Shown here: positions 60,775 through 64,000 of the stretch, piece by piece
Numbering within the stretch: position 1 is the stretch's first letter
Layout: each line of letters opens with the position of its first letter
From: a virus
Taxonomy: Duplodnaviria > Heunggongvirae > Uroviricota > Caudoviricetes
DNA: 64,000 nt
IMG/VR virus record: IMGVR_UViG_3300027712_000017
Direction: 5' to 3' (one strand)
Translations under genes and position numbers: made by a program
The notes under the pieces: model-generated
Told to the model about the DNA's origin: nothing
The model's input: the letters and a program-made list of their open reading frames with translations, nothing else
The model's database searches: none

Positions 60775-61383
60775 ATGATGATTGACTTCACCAAAGAGAT
60801 CAAAGGTATCACTTCGTGGACTGTTCTAGGTGAAATGCCCACGGGTAAAGGTCCTATCGTGCGAGCTTTAAAAGAACAATATAACACCGAAGGTCATGGT
60901 GTGTATCAATTGATCGAAGCTAGCCATATTTCAAAAAATATCGACAACAAAAGTTTTGTTGATCCTGATATTGGTTATACTGGTATGAGTGCTAACATTT
61001 TCAATAGGGCAGGTCAAATCAAGACCGGCGCCCACAATGCTGGTAAGATGGTTTACCAGAAATTCAAAAGCCCGTTGACAGAAGTTTATATTCGGTATAT
61101 TTTTTGTGAACCTTCGAAAGAGAAATTGATTGAAGATTCCATTCACAAAGAGTCACTCATCAAATACAAATACAAGTTTAAATGGCGTGAGGCTAGTGGC
61201 GGTATTGATGGTATTTCTACTCGCATTCAAGCAGATCTTGATAAAGTAGAAAATCCTGCTGAAATCATCAACATCATCAAAAAAGCAGAAGAACGTTGGG
61301 CTGAAATCACTCTTTCAGCAGCTAAAAGTGGCACCACTTCATTTCGAGACCTTGTAGATGAATACTTCACCGAAGACGAGTAA
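60775..61383 (+). CDS. hypothetical protein (202 aa)
   Basis: SD AAAGGAATAT-ATG. Confidence 0.5.
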   Translation: MMIDFTKEIKGITSWTVLGEMPTGKGPIVRALKEQYNTEGHGVYQLIEASHISKNIDNKSFVDPDIGYTGMSANIFNRAGQIKTGAHNAGKMVYQKFKSPLTEVYIRYIFCEPSKEKLIEDSIHKESLIKYKYKFKWREASGGIDGISTRIQADLDKVENPAEIINIIKKAEERWAEITLSAAKSGTTSFRDLVDEYFTEDE

Positions 61384-61443
61384 TATGTGTCCCCCATGTA
61401 ATCACGACTGTAATCAGGGCAGAGATTGTCCGGCGAGGAAGAA

Positions 61444-61914
61444 ATGAACATCAAACATCATCCACACTTCAACACTATGATCATCAGCAAACACTTCTCT
61501 CAGAAGGATGATGTTCCTCTCGAATATGTTTGCACTTCTGCACCAAACAAAAACGCAGATTATGCTGCAGATATCTTCTATCGTGATACACCTCATCCTG
61601 ACTATGGTAATCGCTACCTTGGCGTTTATCGCAATGGCGACAATCAAGTTATGATCACAAACTGTGATACGATTGAAGATCTTACATTCAGTATGATTGA
61701 AGGACCTGATGGATGGGAATACTCACAGCATCGTCATGATTATCGTCAAGTAGGTCGAACTGCTATTGATGGTGGTCGTTCATATGTTAGATTGATCGGT
61801 GATATTCACGCTAAGGTTAAGGTCATGAAAGTCAAAAACGGGGTGTTTGAGGAAAGCAGGGAATATAAAGTCATCGGCACCACAGAAGTAGGTGGAGTAA
61901 CCATTGAGTCTTGA
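61444..61914 (+). CDS. hypothetical protein (156 aa)
   Basis: SD GAGGAAGAA-ATG. Confidence 0.5.
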   Translation: MNIKHHPHFNTMIISKHFSQKDDVPLEYVCTSAPNKNADYAADIFYRDTPHPDYGNRYLGVYRNGDNQVMITNCDTIEDLTFSMIEGPDGWEYSQHRHDYRQVGRTAIDGGRSYVRLIGDIHAKVKVMKVKNGVFEESREYKVIGTTEVGGVTIES

Positions 61915-61934
61915 AAAAACTGGAGAATTAATAG

Positions 61935-62159
61935 ATGTCAGCTCTACCTAAAGAATATATGGAACAACTCAAACGCACGATGGCTCCTATTGATCGTCAT
62001 ATCATGCTATGTGACAATGAAGAAGAGATTCTCATGTTCGGGACTGTCATGTTGTCAAAAGCAAAAACTATTCTTCAGTGTCAACTAGGTAAGGATGCAA
62101 CTGCTGACATTCTTTTATCTCTTTCTAAGAAGGTTCGAGAAGAAAAAGATGAGCGTTGA
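61935..62159 (+). CDS. hypothetical protein (74 aa)
   Basis: ORF with ATG. Confidence 0.45.
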   Translation: MSALPKEYMEQLKRTMAPIDRHIMLCDNEEEILMFGTVMLSKAKTILQCQLGKDATADILLSLSKKVREEKDER

Positions 62160-62460
62160 AGATTTCTATGAAGAAGAAAGTGTTCTTGCAGTAACGAGGA
62201 TTCCTCAAGAGATTGAAGTGTGGCGACGGATTAAATTGTCCGTCGCTGCATATGCTTACGAGTTCTGTGACAACTCAATCATGACTGATGCAGAATTTGA
62301 CGAGATGTGTAAATCAATCAATCCGTTGATCAAAACAGGTAATAAATTGATGGATAAGTTCTTCAAAGAGAAGTTTGATCCTTCAACTGGTCAATGGATT
62401 CATCAACATCCAGAACTAGATAAGATCAAATATCTTTATGAAACCTATTACAATAAATAA
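62149..62460 (+). CDS. hypothetical protein (103 aa)
   Basis: internal Met of track ORF, 11-nt overlap with upstream. Confidence 0.45.
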   Translation: MSVEDFYEEESVLAVTRIPQEIEVWRRIKLSVAAYAYEFCDNSIMTDAEFDEMCKSINPLIKTGNKLMDKFFKEKFDPSTGQWIHQHPELDKIKYLYETYYNK

Positions 62461-62484
62461 TAGGTAATTTGAAAGGAGACTACA

Positions 62485-62691
62485 ATGTTCCTACAATACT
62501 GGATGCTAGGTATTCTTATTATCCTTACAGGTCTTTGGGCAGAATACAGAAATCGTGTAGGTTTTAGATCAGGAGTCTCTGTAGGTATGGAAAAAACCTT
62601 ATGGACCCTAAAAGAAAAAAATATTATTGATATTGATTCTAAAGGGAAAATCTTACCTAAATTTAAGCAGGAGATATTGGATGTCAGATAA
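62485..62691 (+). CDS. small membrane protein (68 aa)
   Basis: SD GAAAGGAGACTACA-ATG; N-terminal TM. Confidence 0.45.
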   Translation: MFLQYWMLGILIILTGLWAEYRNRVGFRSGVSVGMEKTLWTLKEKNIIDIDSKGKILPKFKQEILDVR

Positions 62692-62863
62692 CCCAGCAAA
62701 CACCATTACCGTTGAATCTACTTATACCCAATTGCCATGGGATCAATCTAAGTACTCACAACGAGAATGGGATAGGGTTGTTGGTATCGGGTCTGTTCCT
62801 GCAGAATATAAGAAGAAAAAATACACGATACATGATCTAGTAAGATTGTATGATCGCGGCTGA
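62681..62863 (+). CDS. hypothetical protein (60 aa)
   Basis: SD CAGGAGATATTGG-ATG. Confidence 0.4.
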   Translation: MSDNPANTITVESTYTQLPWDQSKYSQREWDRVVGIGSVPAEYKKKKYTIHDLVRLYDRG

Positions 62864-62884
62864 ATAATTTTAAATGGAGATATA

Positions 62885-63520
62885 ATGACTATAGAATTAG
62901 AACTTAGAGATTGTGGATTTGAAAACGTTGAAAAACTTTACTGGATTAAAGGTGATACTGGCGCATGGTCAGGACCCCTTGATGATTGGAATGAAGGTAT
63001 TGAAGATTTCTTATCTCATGTGAGCAATTTTGGGACTGTTGTGCAAGCAGGCGGATGTTGCGGAATGTATCCTCGATTCTATAAGAATCACTTTAATAAA
63101 GTAATTACATTCGAACCGAACAAAGACAATTATATTTGTTTGTCGAAGAATTGTGAGAACACTGATATTGTTCATTACAATAAAGCATTAGGTTCAGAAA
63201 TCACTACAGCAACGATGAGTTATGCTCGTCCGGGTGGCGATAATATGAATGTCGGAATGCATCGTGTAAACGAATCCGTTCCAGGAGAAATCGAAGTTAC
63301 GACTGTCGATAGTTTAAAACTTAAATCCCTCGATCTATTACATCTTGATCTTGAAGGATCTGAAGAAGATGCACTGATGGGTGCCATTCAAACTATTACT
63401 CGCTATTGGCCTGTTATTATCACTGAACGAGCAAATGGTGACAGTTTGCTAAAACTTTTAGGATATGAATGCGTCAAGACAATGCGTATGGATAGCATCT
63501 TCGTGAAAAAGTTTTGGTGA
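62885..63520 (+). CDS. FkbM-family SAM-dependent methyltransferase
   Basis: VVQAGGCCGMYP (SAM-binding Gly motif), ITFEPN, LDLLHLDLEGSEEDAL (FkbM hallmark). Confidence 0.65.
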   Translation: MTIELELRDCGFENVEKLYWIKGDTGAWSGPLDDWNEGIEDFLSHVSNFGTVVQAGGCCGMYPRFYKNHFNKVITFEPNKDNYICLSKNCENTDIVHYNKALGSEITTATMSYARPGGDNMNVGMHRVNESVPGEIEVTTVDSLKLKSLDLLHLDLEGSEEDALMGAIQTITRYWPVIITERANGDSLLKLLGYECVKTMRMDSIFVKKFW

Positions 63521-63901
63521 TACGACACAATAGTTATTGACATTATGTGTATCAGATGATATACATATAGATGTAGTGATGATATTCACTGAACACGTTC
63601 TGGACTCGGGGGCGGTACCCGACGACTCCACCACAGATACATTGGTCACCATAGTCGGAACAAATATGGTGTAATAGGTTTCTCCGAACACCCAATGTAT
63701 CTTTGCTGGGGTCGAAATAGGATCGACAGGCGTACTAGGCAGGATGGAGCTACCCGGCGAAAGCTCGGTTAACGCAATAAAATCAAGAAATGCAAATGAA
63801 AATTTCGCACCGGTAGCTTACGCTCTAGCAGCATAATCTACCTGGGTATGGGCTCCACCTAGAAACAGAACGGGCCTTCACACGTAACATAATAGGATGA
63901 A

Positions 63902-64000
63902 ATGATGAAAACTTTTCTTTTGACTGCTACTGCAGTTTTGGCACTTACTGCTGGTTCAGCTTTTGCAGTTGACCTAGGCAAGAGCAACTTTCAGTTTAAT
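63902..64000 (+). CDS. 5' end of a secreted protein gene (signal peptide MMKTFLLTATAVLALTAGSAFA), truncated by window
   Basis: N-terminal signal peptide with AFA-V cleavage site. Confidence 0.4.
   Translation, partial: MMKTFLLTATAVLALTAGSAFAVDLGKSNFQFN

Overview
This window is a 64-kb stretch of a T4-like (Tevenvirinae-type) myovirus genome. It is almost entirely plus-strand coding with a mosaic composition.

- **Left two thirds (1-43.8 kb), AT-rich T4-type core:**
  - DNA polymerase gp43, UvsX recombinase, gp41 helicase, gp61 primase and RNase H/FEN.
  - A nucleotide-metabolism block: ThyX, NrdB, NrdA, glutaredoxin, MazG and PhoH.
  - An Hsp20 chaperone, a Dps-like ferritin, an SPFH lipoprotein and a family 1 glycosyltransferase.
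  - A GIY-YIG homing endonuclease.
  - A dense set of about 14 tRNA genes, several with atypical anticodon arms.
  - Sigma70-like early promoters (TTGACAT-T-TTTT ... TATAAT), T4-late-like TATAAATA motifs and clean rho-independent terminators.
- **Ro60/Rsr locus:** a TROVE plus vWA-MIDAS protein (33735..35177) is preceded by a 390-bp structured non-coding region containing a tRNA-like T-arm, and followed by a metallophosphoesterase. A bacterial-type Y RNA locus of this kind is the most unusual item for a T4-like phage.
- **Possible RNA-repair cluster (12.5-15 kb):** a ligase-like KxDG protein, an HxGH nucleotidyltransferase and a HAD phosphatase.
- **Right third (43.9-58.3 kb), GC-rich hyperplastic island:**
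  - About 24 copies of a ~45-bp promoter-leader cassette (TTGACATCTTTTC-N-ATTCGATAACACAATAGAAGAAAC ... AGGA ... ATG).
  - Each copy drives a small, mostly acidic ORF; the upstream stop codon frequently sits inside the -35 box (GCTTGACA).
  - Interruptions: an AT-rich sub-island, a non-coding hub with iterons, palindromes and inverted promoter copies, an HNH endonuclease, and a putative AAA ATPase next to a Cys-motif protein.
- **Far right:** a DUF932-like protein, an FkbM-type methyltransferase and small unknown ORFs.

Nothing here could be computed or searched. All functional calls rest on motifs recognisable by eye.
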